A stretch of 64,000 bases of DNA from the human T2T-CHM13v2.0 reference genome, Homo sapiens. The notes below the pieces were generated by a model, which did not search any database, had not been told where the DNA came from, and saw nothing but the letters and a program-made list of their open reading frames with translations. The stretch lies in assembly GCF_009914755.1 (NCBI RefSeq), contig NC_060933.1. One strand, 5' to 3'. Below, in pieces: positions 43,040-57,580 of the stretch (its first letter is position 1; every line of letters starts with the position of its first letter). Both the position numbers and the translations under genes were made by a program.

Positions 43040-46000
43040 TTCCATTTCGTTCCATTCCATTCTATTCCGTATCATTCCATTCCATTCCATTCCATTCCAT
43101 TCCATTCCATTCCATTCCACTCGGGTTGATTCCATTCCTTTCCATTCCATTCGGTTTGCAGGCATTCCCATCCATTCAATTCCACTCCATTCCATTCCAT
43201 TCCATTCCATTCCATTCCATTCCATTCCATTCCATTCCTTTCCATTCCATTGTACTCGGGTTGATTCCATGCCATTCCATTCCATTCCATTCCATTCCAT
43301 TCCATTCCATTCAGTTGCATTCCATTCCATTACATTCGGATTGATTCTATTCAACTCCCTTACTCTCCATTCCATTCGGGTTGTTCCATTCCATTCCATT
43401 CCACTCCACTCCATTCCATTGCACTAGGGTTGATTCCATTCCATTCCATTCCATTCCATTCCGGATGATTCCATTCCATTGCATTCCGTTCCATTACATT
43501 CCCCTGCACTCGCGTTGATTCCATTCCATTCCATTCCATTCCATTCAATTCCATTCCATTACAATTCGTTCCATTCCATTCTATTCCGTATCATTCCATT
43601 CCATTCCATACCATTCCATTCCATTCCATTCCATTCCATTGTATTTGGGTTAATTCCATTCCATTCCATTCCATTCCATTCCATTCCATTCCATTACAAT
43701 CGAGTTGATTCCATTCCATTCCATTCCATTCCATTCCATTCCATTCCAGTCCTTTCCATTCCATTCCACTCGGGTTGATTCCATTCTATTAGTTTCCATT
43801 CCATTCCATTCCCTTCCATTCCACTCTGGTTGATTCCATTCCTTTCCAATCCACTCGAATACATTCCCTCCTATTCCACTCGGAACGATTCCATTCCATT
43901 GCATTCCATTCCATTCCATTCCATTCCATTCCATTCCATTTCTTTCCATTCCATTCTATTCCATACCATTCCATTCCATTCCATTCCATTCCATTCCATT
44001 CCATTCCATTCCATTCCACTCGTGTTGATTCCATTCCTTTCCATTCCATTCGGTTTGAAGCCTTTCCATTCCATTCCATTCCATTCCATTCCATTCCATT
44101 CCATTCCATTCCATTGTACTCGGGTTGATTCCATTCCATTGCATTCCATTCCATTCCATTCCATTCGGATTGATTCTATTCAACTCCCTTACTGTCCATT
44201 ACATTCCATTCCATTCGGGTTGTTCCATTCCATTCCATTCCATTCCATTCCATTCCATTCCATTGTACTCGGGTTGATTCCATTCCATTGCATTCCATTC
44301 CATTCCATTACATTCGGATTGATTCTATTCAACTCCCTTACTCTCCATTACATTCCATTCCATTCGGGTTGTTCCATTCCATTCCATTCCATTCCACTCC
44401 ATTCCATTGCACTCGGGTTGTTCCATTCCATTCCATTCCATTCCACTCCATTCCATTGCACTCGGGTTGATTCCATTCCATTCCATTCCATTCCGGATGA
44501 TTCCTTTCCATTACTTTCCGTTCCATTACATAACCCTGCACTCGCGTTGATTCCATTCCATTCCATTCCATTCCACACCATTCCATTCCATTCCGTTCCA
44601 TTCCGTTCCATTCCATTCCATTCTATTCGGGTTAATTCCATTCCATTCCATTCCATTCCATTCTATTCCATTCCATTGCATTCCATTCCATTCCATTCCC
44701 CTTCACTCGCGTTGATTCCATTCCATTCCATTCCATTCCATTCCACTCCATTCCATTCCTTTTCGTTCCATTCCATTCCATTCCATTGCATTCCATTCCA
44801 TTCCATTCCGTTCCATTCCGTTCCATTCCATTCCATTCCATTCTATTCGGGTTATTTCCATTCCAATCCATTCGATTGCAATCGAGTTGATTCCATTCCA
44901 TTCCATTGCATTCCATTCCATTCCTTTCCATTCCATTACGGATGATTCCATTCCATTGCATTCCATTCCATTCCATTCCGCTGTACTCGGGTTGATTCCA
45001 TTCCATTCCATTCCAATCCATGCCATTCCACTCGTGTTGATTCCATTCTTTCTATTCCATTCAAGTTGAATCCATTCCTTTGCATTCCATTCCATTCCAT
45101 TCCCCTGCAGTCAGGTTGATTCCATTCCATTCCATTCCATTCCATTCCATTCCATTCCGTTCCATTCCATTCCATTCCATTCCATTCTAGTCGGGTTAAT
45201 TCCATTCCATTCCATTCCATTCCATTCCATTCCATTCCAATCGAGTTGATTCCATTCCATTCCGTTCCATTTCTTTCCATTCCACTCCATTCCCGTCCTT
45301 TCCATTCCATTCCACTCGGGTTGATTCCATTGTATTCCTTTCCATTCCATTCCATTCAATTGCAATCGAGTTGATTCCATTGCTTTGCATTCCATTCCAT
45401 TCCATTCCATTCCAGATAATTCCATTCCATTGCATTCCATTCCATTCCATTCCCCTGCACTCGGGTTGCTTCCATTCCATTCCACTCCATTCCGTTCCAT
45501 TCCATTCCATTCCATTCTATTCGGGTTAATTCCATTCCATTCCATTCCATTCCATTCCATTCCATTCCATTCCAATCCATTACAATCGAGTTGATTCCAT
45601 TCCATTCCATTCCATTCCATTCCATTCCATTCCAGTCCTTTCCATTCCATTCCAATCGGGTTGATTCCATTCTATTAGTTTCCGTTCCATTCCATTCCCT
45701 TCCATTCCACTCTGGTTGATTCCATTCCTTTCCATTCCACTCGAATACATTCCCTCCTATTCCACTCGGAACGATTCCATAGCATTCCATTCCATTCCAT
45801 TCCATTCCATTCCATTTCGTTCCATTCCATTCTATTCCATACCATTCCATTCCATTCCATTCAATTCCATTCCATTCCACTGCTGTTGATTCCATTCCTT
45901 TCCATTCCATTCGGTTTGAAGGCATTCCATTCCATTCAATTCCATTCCATTCCATTCCATTCCATTCCATTCCATTCCATTCCATTCCATTCCATTCCAT

Positions 46001-46290
46001 TGTACTCGGGTTGATTCCATTCCATTGCATTCCATTCCATTCCATTCCATTCCATTCCGTTGTATTCCATTCCATTACATTCGGAATGATTCTATTCAAC
46101 TCCCTTACTCTCCATTACATTCCATTCCATTCGGGTTGTTCCATTCCATTCCATTCCATTCCACTCCATTCCATTGCACTCGGATTGATTCCATTCCATT
46201 CCATTCCATTCCATTCCATTCCGGATGATTCCATTCCAATGCATTCCGTTCCATTACATTCCCCTGCACTCGCTTTGATTCCATTCCATT
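43040..46290 (+). repeat. ~3.2 kb dispersed direct copy of ~10850-14100
   Basis: ORF pairs offset by ~32191 (11169/43360, 11288/43479, 12147/44338, 13834/46025). Shared markers are TTTGCAGGCATTCCCATCC, ACATAACCCTGCAC and TTCTAGTCGGG. Confidence 0.9.
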
Positions 46291-47039
46291 CCATTCCATT
46301 CCATTCCATTCAATTCCATTCCATTACAATTCTTTCCATTCCATTCTATTCCGTACCATTCCATTCCATTCCATACCATTCCATTCCATTCCATTCCATT
46401 CCATTCCACTCCGTTCCATTCTGTTCCATTCCATTCCATTCCATTCTATTCGGGTTAATTCCATTCCATTCCATTCCATTCCATTCTATTCCATTCCATT
46501 GCAATCGAGTTGAATCCATTGCATTGCATTGCATTCCATTCCATTCCATTCCATTCCATTCCATTCCATTCCGGAAGATTCCATTCCATTGCATTCCATT
46601 CCATTCCATTCCCCTGCACTCGCGTTGATTCCATTCCATTCCATTCCATTCCATTCCATTCCATTCCTTTCCATTCCATTCCATTCCATTCCATTCCGTT
46701 CCGTTCCGTTCCATTCCATTCCATTCCATTCCATTCCATTCTATTCGGGTTAATTCCATTCCATTCCATACGATTGCAATCGAGTTGATTCCATTCCATT
46801 CCATTCCATTCCATTCCATTGCAATCCATTCCAATCCATTCCATTCCATTCCATTCCACTCGAGTTGACTTCATTACATTCCTTTCCATTCCATTCCATT
46901 CTTTTCCACTCGAGTTGATTCAATTCCATTCCAATCCATTGCATTCCATTCCATCCCATTCCACTCGGGTTTATTCCATTCCCTTGCATTCCATTCCATT
47001 CCATTCCATTCCATTCCATTCCATTCCATTCCATTCCAT

Positions 47040-50000
47040 TCCATTCCGTTGCATTCCATTCCATTACATTCGGATTGATTCTATTCAACTCCCTTACTCT
47101 CCATTACATTCCATTCCATTCGGGTTTTTCCATTCCATTCCATTCCATTCCACTCCATTCCATTGCACTCGGGTTGATTCCATTCCATTCCATTCCGGAT
47201 GATTCCATTCCATTGCATTCCGTTCCATTACATTCCCCTGCACTCGCGTTGATTCCATTCCATTCCATTCCATTCCATTCAATTCCATTGCATTACAATT
47301 CGTTCCATTCCATTCTATTCCGTACTATTCCATTCCATTCCATACCATTCCATTCCATTCCATTCCATTCCATTCCATTCCATTCCGTTCCGTTCCATTC
47401 CGTTCCATTCCATTCCATTCCATTCTATTCGGGTTAATTCCATGCCATTCCATTCCATCCCTTTCTATTACATTCCATTGCAATCGAGTTGAATCCATTG
47501 CATTTCATTCCATTCCATTCCATTCCATTCCATTCCGGAATATTCCATTCCATTGCATTCCATTCCATTCCATTCCCCTGCACTCGCGTTGATTCCATTC
47601 CATTCCATTCCATTCCATTCCATTCCATTCCGTTCCGTTCCATTCCATTCCATTCCATTCCATTCCATTCCGTTCCGTTCCATTCCATTCCATTCCATTC
47701 TATTCGGGTTAATTCCATTCCATTCCATTCGATTGCAATCGTGTTGATTCCATTCCATTCCATTCCATTCCATTCCATTCCATTCCTTTCCATTCCATTA
47801 TGGATGATTCCATTCCATTGCATTCCATTCCATTCCATTCCCCTGTACTCGGGTTGATTCCATTCCATTGCATTCCAATCCATGCCCTTCCACTCGTGTT
47901 GATTCCATTCTTTCCATTCCATTCAAGTTGAATTCATTCCATTGCATTCCATTCCATTCGATTCCATTCGATTGTACTCGGGTTGATTCCATTCCATTGC
48001 ATTCCATTCCATTCCAGTCCATTCTGTTTCATTCCATTCCATTACATTCGGATTGATTCTATTCAATTCCCTTACACTCCATTACATTCCATTCCATTCG
48101 GGTAGTTTCCATTCCATTCCATTCCATTCCTCTCCATTCCATTGCACTCGGGTTGATTCCATTCCATTGCATTCCATTCCATTCCATTCCATTCCATTCC
48201 GTTCCATTCCATTCCATTACATTCGGATTGACCCTATTCAACTCCCTTACTCTCCATTACATTCCATTCCATTCGGGTTGTTCCATTCCATTCCATTCCA
48301 TTCCACTCCATTCCATTGTACTCGGGTTTATTCCATTCCATTCCATTCCATTCCATTCCATTCCGGAAGATTCCATTCCATTGCATTCCATTCCATTCCA
48401 TTCCCCTGCACTCGCGTTGATTCCATTCCATTCCATTCCATTCCATTCCATTCCATTCCTTTCCGTTCCTTTCCATTCCATTCCATTCCTTTCCATTCCA
48501 TTCCATTCCATTCCGTTCCGTTCCGTTCATTTCCATTCCATTCCATTCCATTCTATTCGGGTTAATTCCATTCCATTCCATTCGATTGCAATCGAGTTGA
48601 TTCCATTCCATTCCACTCCATTCCATTCCATTCCATTCCACTCCTTTCCATTCCTTTACGGATGATTCCATTCCATTGCATTCCATTCCATTCCATTTCC
48701 CTGTACTCGGGTTGATTCCATTCCATTCCATTCCAATCCATGCCATTCCACTCGTGTTGATTCCATTCTTTCCATTCCATTCAAGTTGAGTCCATTCCAT
48801 TGCATTCCCTTCAATTCCATTCCCCTGCAGTCGGGTTGATTCCATTCCATTCCATTCCATTCCATTCCATTCCATTCCATTCCGTTCCGTTCCATTCCAT
48901 TCCATTCCTTTCTATTCGGGTTAATTCCATTCCATTCCATTCCATTCCATTCCATTCCATTCCATTCCATTACAATCGAGTTTATTCCATTCCATTCCAT
49001 TCCATTCCAGTCCTTTACATTCCATTCCACTCGGGTTGATTCCATTCTATTAGTTTCCATTCCATTCCATTCCCTTCCATTCCACTCTGGTTGATTCCAT
49101 TCCTTTCCATTCCACTCGAATACATTCCCTCCTATTCCACTCGGAACGATTCCATTCCATTCCATTCCATTCCATTCCATTCCATTCCATTCCATTCCAT
49201 TTCGTTCCATTCCATTCCATTCCGTATCATTCCATTCCATTCCATTCCATTCCATTCCATTCCATTCCATTGTACTCGGGTTGATTCCATTCCATTGCAT
49301 TCCATTCCATTCCATTCCATTCCATTCCGTTGCATTCCATTCCATTACATTCGGATTGATTCTATTCAACTCCCTTACTCTCCATTACATTCCATTCCAT
49401 TCGGGTTGTTCCATGCCATTCCATTCCATTCCACTCCATTCCATTGCACTCGGGTTGTTCCATTCCATTCCATTCCATTCCATTCCATTCCGGATGATTC
49501 CATTCCATTGCATTCCGTTCCATTACATTCCCCTGCACTCGCTTTGATTCCATTCCATTCCATTCCATTCCATTCAATTCCATTCCATTAGAATTCCTTC
49601 CATTCTATTCTATTCCGTACCATTCCATTCCATTCCATGCCATTCCATTCCATTCCATTCCATTCCATTCCGTTCCATTCCGTTCTATTCCATTCTATTC
49701 CATTCCATTCTATTCGGATTAATTCCATTCCATTCCATTCCATTCCATTCCGTTGTATTCCATTCCATTACATTCGGATTGATTCTATTCAACTCCCTTA
49801 CTCTCCATTACATTCCATTCCATTCGGGTTGTTCCATTCCATTCCATTCCATTCCACTCCATTCCATTGCACTCGGGTTGATTCCATTCCATTCCATTCC
49901 ATTCCATTCCATTCCATTCCATTCCATTCCGGATGATTCCATTCCATTGCATTCCGTTCCATTACATTCCCCTGCACTCGCGTTGATTCCATTCCATTCC

Positions 50001-53000
50001 ATTCCTTTCCATTCAATTCCATTCCATTACAATTCGTTCCATTCCATTCTATTCCGTACCATTCCATTCCATTCCATACCATTCCATTCCATTCCATTCC
50101 ATTCCATTCCATTCCATTCCGTTCCATTCCGTTCCATTCCATTCCATTCCATTCTATTCGGGTTAATCCCATTCCATTCCATTGCAATCGAGTTGAATCC
50201 ATTGCATTTCATTCCATTCCATTCCATTCCATTCCGGAAGATTCCATTCCATTGCATTCCATTCCATGCCATTCCCCTGCACTCGCGTTGATTCCATTCC
50301 ATTCCATTCCATTCCATTCCATTCCATTCCATTCCGTTCCTTTCCGTTCCATTCCATTCCATTCCATTCCATTCCGTTCCGTTCCATTCCATTCCATTCC
50401 ATTCTATTCGGGTTAATTCCACTCCATTCCATTCGATTGCAATCGTGTTGATTCCATTCCATTCCATTCCATTCCATTCCATTCCATTCCATTCCTTTCC
50501 ATTCCATTACGGATGATTCCATTCCATTGCATTCCATTCCATTCCATTCCTCTGTACTTGGGTTGATTCCATTCCATTGCATTCCAAACCATGCCCTTCC
50601 ACTCGTGTTGATTCCATTCTTATCATTCCATTCAAGTTGAATCTATTCCATTGCATTCCATTCCATTCGATTCCATTCGATTGCACTCGGGTTGATTCCA
50701 TTCCATTGCATTCCATTCCATTCCATTCCATTTCATTCCATTCCGTTCCATTCCATTCCATTACATTCGGATTGATTCTATTCAATTCCCTTACACTCCA
50801 TTACATTCCATTCCATTCGGGTAGTTTCCATTCCATTCCATTCCATTCCTCTCCATTCCTTTGCACTCGGGTTGATTCCATTCCATTGCATTCCATTCCA
50901 TTCCATTCCATTCCATTCCGTTCCATTCCATTCCATTACATTCGGATTGACCCTATTCAACTCCCTTACTCTCCATTACATTCCATTCCATTCGGGTTGT
51001 TCCATTCCATTCCATTCCATTCCACTCCATTCCATTGCACTCTGGTTTATTCCATTCCATTCCATTCCATTCCATTCCATTCCGGAAGATTCCATTCCAT
51101 TGCATTCCATTCCATTCCATTCCCCTGCACTCGCGTTGATTCCATTCCATTCCATTCCATTCCATTCCATTCCATTCCTTTCCGTTCCTTTCCATTCCAT
51201 TCCATTCCTTTCCATTCCATTCCATTCCATTCCGTTCCGTTCCGTTCATTTCCATTCCATTCCATTCCATTCTATTCGGGTTAATTCCATTCCATTCCAT
51301 TCGATTGCAATCGAGTTGATTCCATTCCATTCCACTCCATTCCATTCCATTCCATTCCACTCCTTTCCATTCCTTTACGGATGATTCCATTCCATTGCAT
51401 TCCATTCCATTCCATTTCCCTGTACTCGGGTTGATTCCATTCCATTCCATTCCAATCCATGCCATTCCACTCGTGTTGATTCCATTCTTTCCATTCCATT
51501 CAAGTTGAGTCCATTCCATTGCATTCCCTTCAATTCCATTCCCCTGCAGTCGGGTTGATTCCATTCCATTCCATTCCATTCCATTCCATTCCATTCCATT
51601 CCGTTCCGTTCCATTCCATTCCATTCCTTTCTATTCGGGTTAATTCCATTCCATTCCATTCCATTCCATTCCATTCCATTCCATTCCATTACAATCGAGT
51701 TTATTCCATTCCATTCCATTCCATTCCAGTCCTTTACATTCCATTCCACTCGGGTTGATTCCATTCTATTAGTTTCCATTCCATTCCATTCCCTTCCATT
51801 CCACTCTGGTTGATTCCATTCCTTTCCATTCCACTCGAATACATTCCCTCCTATTCCACTCGGAACGATTCCATTCCATTCCATTCCATTCCATTCCATT
51901 CCATTCCATTCCATTCCATTTCGTTCCATTCCATTCCATTCCGTATCATTCCATTCCATTCCATTCCATTCCATTCCATTCCATTCCATTGTACTCGGGT
52001 TGATTCCATTCCATTGCATTCCATTCCATTCCATTCCATTCCATTCCGTTGCATTCCATTCCATTACATTCGGATTGATTCTATTCAACTCCCTTACTCT
52101 CCATTACATTCCATTCCATTCGGGTTGTTCCATGCCATTCCATTCCATTCCACTCCATTCCATTGCACTCGGGTTGTTCCATTCCATTCCATTCCATTCC
52201 ATTCCATTCCGGATGATTCCATTCCATTGCATTCCGTTCCATTACATTCCCCTGCACTCGCTTTGATTCCATTCCATTCCATTCCATTCCATTCAATTCC
52301 ATTCCATTAGAATTCCTTCCATTCTATTCTATTCCGTACCATTCCATTCCATTCCATGCCATTCCATTCCATTCCATTCCATTCCATTCCGTTCCATTCC
52401 GTTCTATTCCATTCTATTCCATTCCATTCTATTCGGATTAATTCCCTTCCATTCCATTCCATTCCATTCCGTTGTATTCCATTCCATTACATTCGGATTG
52501 ATTCTATTCAACTCCCTTACTCTCCATTACATTCCATTCCATTCGGGTTGTTCCATTCCATTCCATTCCATTCCACTCCATTCCATTGCACTCGGGTTGA
52601 TTCCATTCCATTCCATTCCATTCCATTCCATTCCATTCCATTCCATTCCGGATGATTCCATTCCATTGCATTCCGTTCCATTACATTCCCCTGCACTCGC
52701 GTTGATTCCATTCCATTCCATTCCTTTCCATTCAATTCCATTCCATTACAATTCGTTCCATTCCATTCTATTCCGTACCATTCCATTCCATTCCATACCA
52801 TTCCATTCCATTCCATTCCATTCCATTCCATTCCATTCCGTTCCATTCCGTTCCATTCCATTCCATTCCATTCTATTCGGGTTAATCCCATTCCATTCCA
52901 TTGCAATCGAGTTGAATCCATTGCATTTCATTCCATTCCATTCCATTCCATTCCGGAAGATTCCATTCCATTGCATTCCATTCCATGCCATTCCCCTGCA

Positions 53001-55400
53001 CTCGCGTTGATTCCATTCCATTCCATTCCATTCCATTCCATTCCATTCCATTCCGTTCCTTTCCGTTCCATTCCATTCCATTCCATTCCATTCCGTTCCG
53101 TTCCATTCCATTCCATTCCATTCTATTCGGGTTAATTCCACTCCATTCCATTCGATTGCAATCGTGTTGATTCCATTCCATTCCATTCCATTCCATTCCA
53201 TTCCATTCCATTCCATTCCTTTCCATTCCATTACGGATGATTCCATTCCATTGCATTCCATTCCATTCCATTCCTCTGTACTTGGGTTGATTCCATTCCA
53301 TTGCATTCCAAACCATGCCCTTCCACTCGTGTTGATTCCATTCTTATCATTCCATTCAAGTTGAATCTATTCCATTGCATTCCATTCCATTCGATTCCAT
53401 TCGATTGCACTCGGGTTGATTCCATTCCATTGCATTCCATTCCATTCCATTCCATTTCATTCCATTCCGTTCCATTCCATTCCATTACATTCGGATTGAT
53501 TCTATTCAATTCCCTTACACTCCATTACATTCCATTCCATTCGGGTAGTTTCCATTCCATTCCATTCCATTCCTCTCCATTCCTTTGCACTCGGGTTGAT
53601 TCCATTCCATTGCATTCCATTCCATTCCATTCCATTCCATTCCGTTCCATTCCATTCCATTACATTCGGATTGACCCTATTCAACTCCCTTACTCTCCAT
53701 TACATTCCATTCCATTCGGGTTGTTCCATTCCATTCCATTCCATTCCACTCCATTCCATTGCACTCTGGTTTATTCCATTCCATTCCATTCCATTCCATT
53801 CCATTCCGGAAGATTCCATTCCATTGCATTCCATTCCATTCCATTCCCCTGCACTCGCGTTGATTCCATTCCATTCCATTCCATTCCATTCCATTCCTTT
53901 CCGTTCCTTTCCATTCCATTCCATTCCTTTCCATTCCATTCCATTCCATTCCGTTCCGTTCCGTTCCTTTCCATTCCATTCCATTCCATTCTATTCGGGT
54001 TAATTCCATTCCATTCCATTCGATTGCAATCGAGTTGATTCCATTCCATTCCATTCCATTCCATTCCATTCCATTCCACTCCTTTCCATTCCTTTACGGA
54101 TGATTCCATTCCATTGCATTCCATTCCATTCCATTCCCCTGCAGTCGGGTTGATTCCATTCCATTCCATTCCATTCCATTCCATTCCATTCCGTTCCGTT
54201 CCATTCCATTCCATTCCTTTCTATTCGGGTTAATTCCATTCCATTCCATTCCATTCCATTCCATTCCATTCCAATCAAGTTGATTCCATTCCATTCCATT
54301 CCATTCCATTCCAATCGAGTTGATTCCATTCCATTCCATTCCATTCCATTCCACTCCATTCCAGTCCTTTCCATTCCATTCCACTCGGGTTGATTCCAAT
54401 GTATTCCTTTCCATTCCATTCCATTCCATTGCAATCGAGTTGATTCCATTGCTTTGCATTCCATTCCATTCCATTCCATTCCGGATGATTCCATTCCATT
54501 GCATTGCATTCCATTCCATTCCCCTGCACTCCGTTTGATTCCATTCCATTCCACTCCATTCCGTTCCATTCCATTCCATTCCATTGTATTCGGGTTAATT
54601 CCATTCCATTCCATTCCATTCCATTCCATTCCATTCCATTACAATCGAGTTTATTCCATTCCATTCCATTCCATTCCAGTCCTTTACATTCCATTCCACT
54701 CGGGTTGATTCCATTCTATTAGTTTCCATTCCATTCCATTCCCTTCCATTCCACTCTGGTTGATTCCATTCCTTTCCATTCCACTCGAATACATTCCCTC
54801 CTATTCCACTCGGAACGATTCCATTCCATTCCATTCCATTCCATTCCATTCCATTCCATTCCATTCCATTTCGTTCCATTCCATTCCATTCCGTATCATT
54901 CCATTCCATTCCATTCCATTCCATTCCATTCCATTCCATTGTACTCGGGTTGATTCCATTCCATTGCATTCCATTCCATTCCATTCCATTCCATTCCGTT
55001 GCATTCCATTCCATTACATTCGGATTGATTCTATTCAACTCCCTTACTCTCCATTACATTCCATTCCATTCGGGTTGTTCCATGCCATTCCATTCCATTC
55101 CACTCCATTCCATTGCACTCGGGTTGTTCTATTCCATTCCATTCCATTCCATTCCATTCCGGATGATTCCATTCCATTGCATTCCGTTCCATTACATTCC
55201 CCTGCACTCGCTTTGATTCCATTCCATTCCATTCCATTCCATTCCGTTCCATTCCATTAGAATTTGTTCCATTCTATTCTATTCCGTACCATTCCATTCC
55301 ATTCCATGCCATTCCATTCCATTCCATTCCATTCCATTCCATTCCGTTCCATTCCGTTCCATTCCATTCCATTCCATTCCATTCTATTCGGATTAATTCC
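47040..55400 (+). repeat. Tandem array of a ~2.72 kb unit (~3 copies; the last is rearranged and ~230 bp longer)
   Basis: ORF pairs offset by 2704-2724 (47075/49779, 48059/50778/53502, 49091/51810, 50266/52985) and then 2950 (51810/54760). Marker GGATTGACCCTATTC at ~48225, ~50944 and ~53668. Confidence 0.9.
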
Positions 55401-57580
55401 ATTCCATTCCATTCCATTCCATTCCATTCTATTCCATTCCATTGCAATCGAGTTGAATCCATTGCATTTCATTCCATTCCATTCCATTCCATTCCATTCA
55501 GGAAGTTTCCATTCCATTGCATTCCATTGCATTCCATTCCCCTGCACTCGCGTTGATTCCATTCCATTCCATTCCATTCCATTCCGTTCCATTCCATTCC
55601 ATTCCATTCCGTTCCGTTCCATTCCATTCCATTCCATTCTATTCGGGTTAATTCCATTCCATTCCATTCGATTGCAATCGAGTTGATTCCATTCCATTCC
55701 ATTCCATCCCATTCCATTCCATTCCATTCCATTCCATTCCATTCCTTTCCATTCCATTACGGATGATTCCATTCCATTGCATTCCATTCCATTCCATTCC
55801 CCTGTACTCGGGTTGATTCCATTCCATTCCATTCCAATCCATGCCATTCCACTCGTGTTGATTCCATTCTTTCCATTCCATTCAAGTTGAATCCATTCCA
55901 TTGCATTCCATTCAATTTGATTCCATTCGATTGCACTCGGGTTGATTCCATTCCATTGCATTCCATTCTATTCCATTCCATTCCATTCCATTCCGTTCCA
56001 TTCCATTCCATTACATTCGGATTGATTCTATTCAATTCCCTTACACTGCATTACATTCCATTCCATTCGGGTAGTTTCCATTCCATTCCATTCCATTCCC
56101 CTCCATTCCATTGCACTCGGGTTGATTCCATTCCATTGCATTCCATTCCTTTCCATTCAATTCCATTCCGTTCCATTCAATTCCATTACATTCGGATTGA
56201 TTCTATTCAACTCCCTTACTCTCCATTCCATTCCATTCCATTCGGGTTGTTCCATTCCATTCCATTCCATTCCACTCCATTCCATTGCACTCGGGTTGAT
56301 TCCATTCCATTCCATTCCATTCCATTCCATTCCATTCCATTCCATTACAATCGAGTTGATTCCATTCCATTCCATTCCATTCCAGTCCTTTCCATTCCAT
56401 TCCACTCGGGTTGATTCCATTCTATTAGTTTCCATTCCATTCCATTCCCTTCCATTCCACTCTGGTTGATTCCATTCCTTTCCATTCCACTCGAATACAT
56501 TCCCTCCTATTCCACTTGGAACGATTCCATTCCATTCCATTCCATTCCATTCCATTCCATTCCATTCCATTCCATTTCGTTCCATTCCATTTTATTCCGT
56601 ATGATTCCATTCCATTCCATTCCATTCCATTCCATTCCATTCCATTCCATTCCATTGTACTCGGGTTGATTCCATTCCATTGCATTCCATTCCATTCCAT
56701 TCCATTCCATTCCATTCCGTTCCATTCCATTACATTCGGATTGATTCTTTTCAACTCCCTTACTCTCCATTACATTCCATTCCATTCGGATTGTTCCATT
56801 CCATTCCATTCCATTCCACTCCATTCCATTGCACTCGGGTTGATTCCATTCCATTCCATTGCATTCCATTCCGGATGATTCCATTCCATTGCATTCTGTT
56901 CCATTACATTCCCCTGCAATCGGGTTGATTCCATTCCATTCCATTCCATTCCATTCGATTCCATTCCATTCCCCTGCACTCGCGTTGATTCCATTCCATT
57001 CCATTCCATTCCATTCCATTCCATTCCTTTCCATTCCCGTCCTTTCCATTCCATTCCACTCGGGTTGATTCCATTCTATTAGTTTCCATTCCATTCCATT
57101 CCCTTCCATTCCACTCTTGTTGATACCATTCCTTTCCATTCCACTCGAATACATTCCCTCCTATTCCACTCGGAACGATTCTATTCCATTCCATTCCATT
57201 CCATTCCATTCCATTCCATTTCGTTCCATTCCATTCTATTCCGTATCATTCCATTCCATTCCATTCCATTCCATTCCATTCCATTCCATTCCATTCCATT
57301 CCATTGTACTCAGGTTGATTCAATTCCATTGCATTCCATTCCATTCCATTCCATTCCATTCCATTCCGTTGCATTCCATTCCATTACATTCGGATTGATT
57401 CTATTCAACTCCCTTACTCTCCATTACATTCCATTCCATTCGGGTTGTTCCATTCCATTCCATTCCATTCCACTCCACTCCATTGCACTCGGGTTGATTC
57501 CATTCCATTCCATTCCATTCCATTGCATTCCGGATGATTCCATTCCATTGCATTCCGTTCCATTACATTCCCCTGCACTG

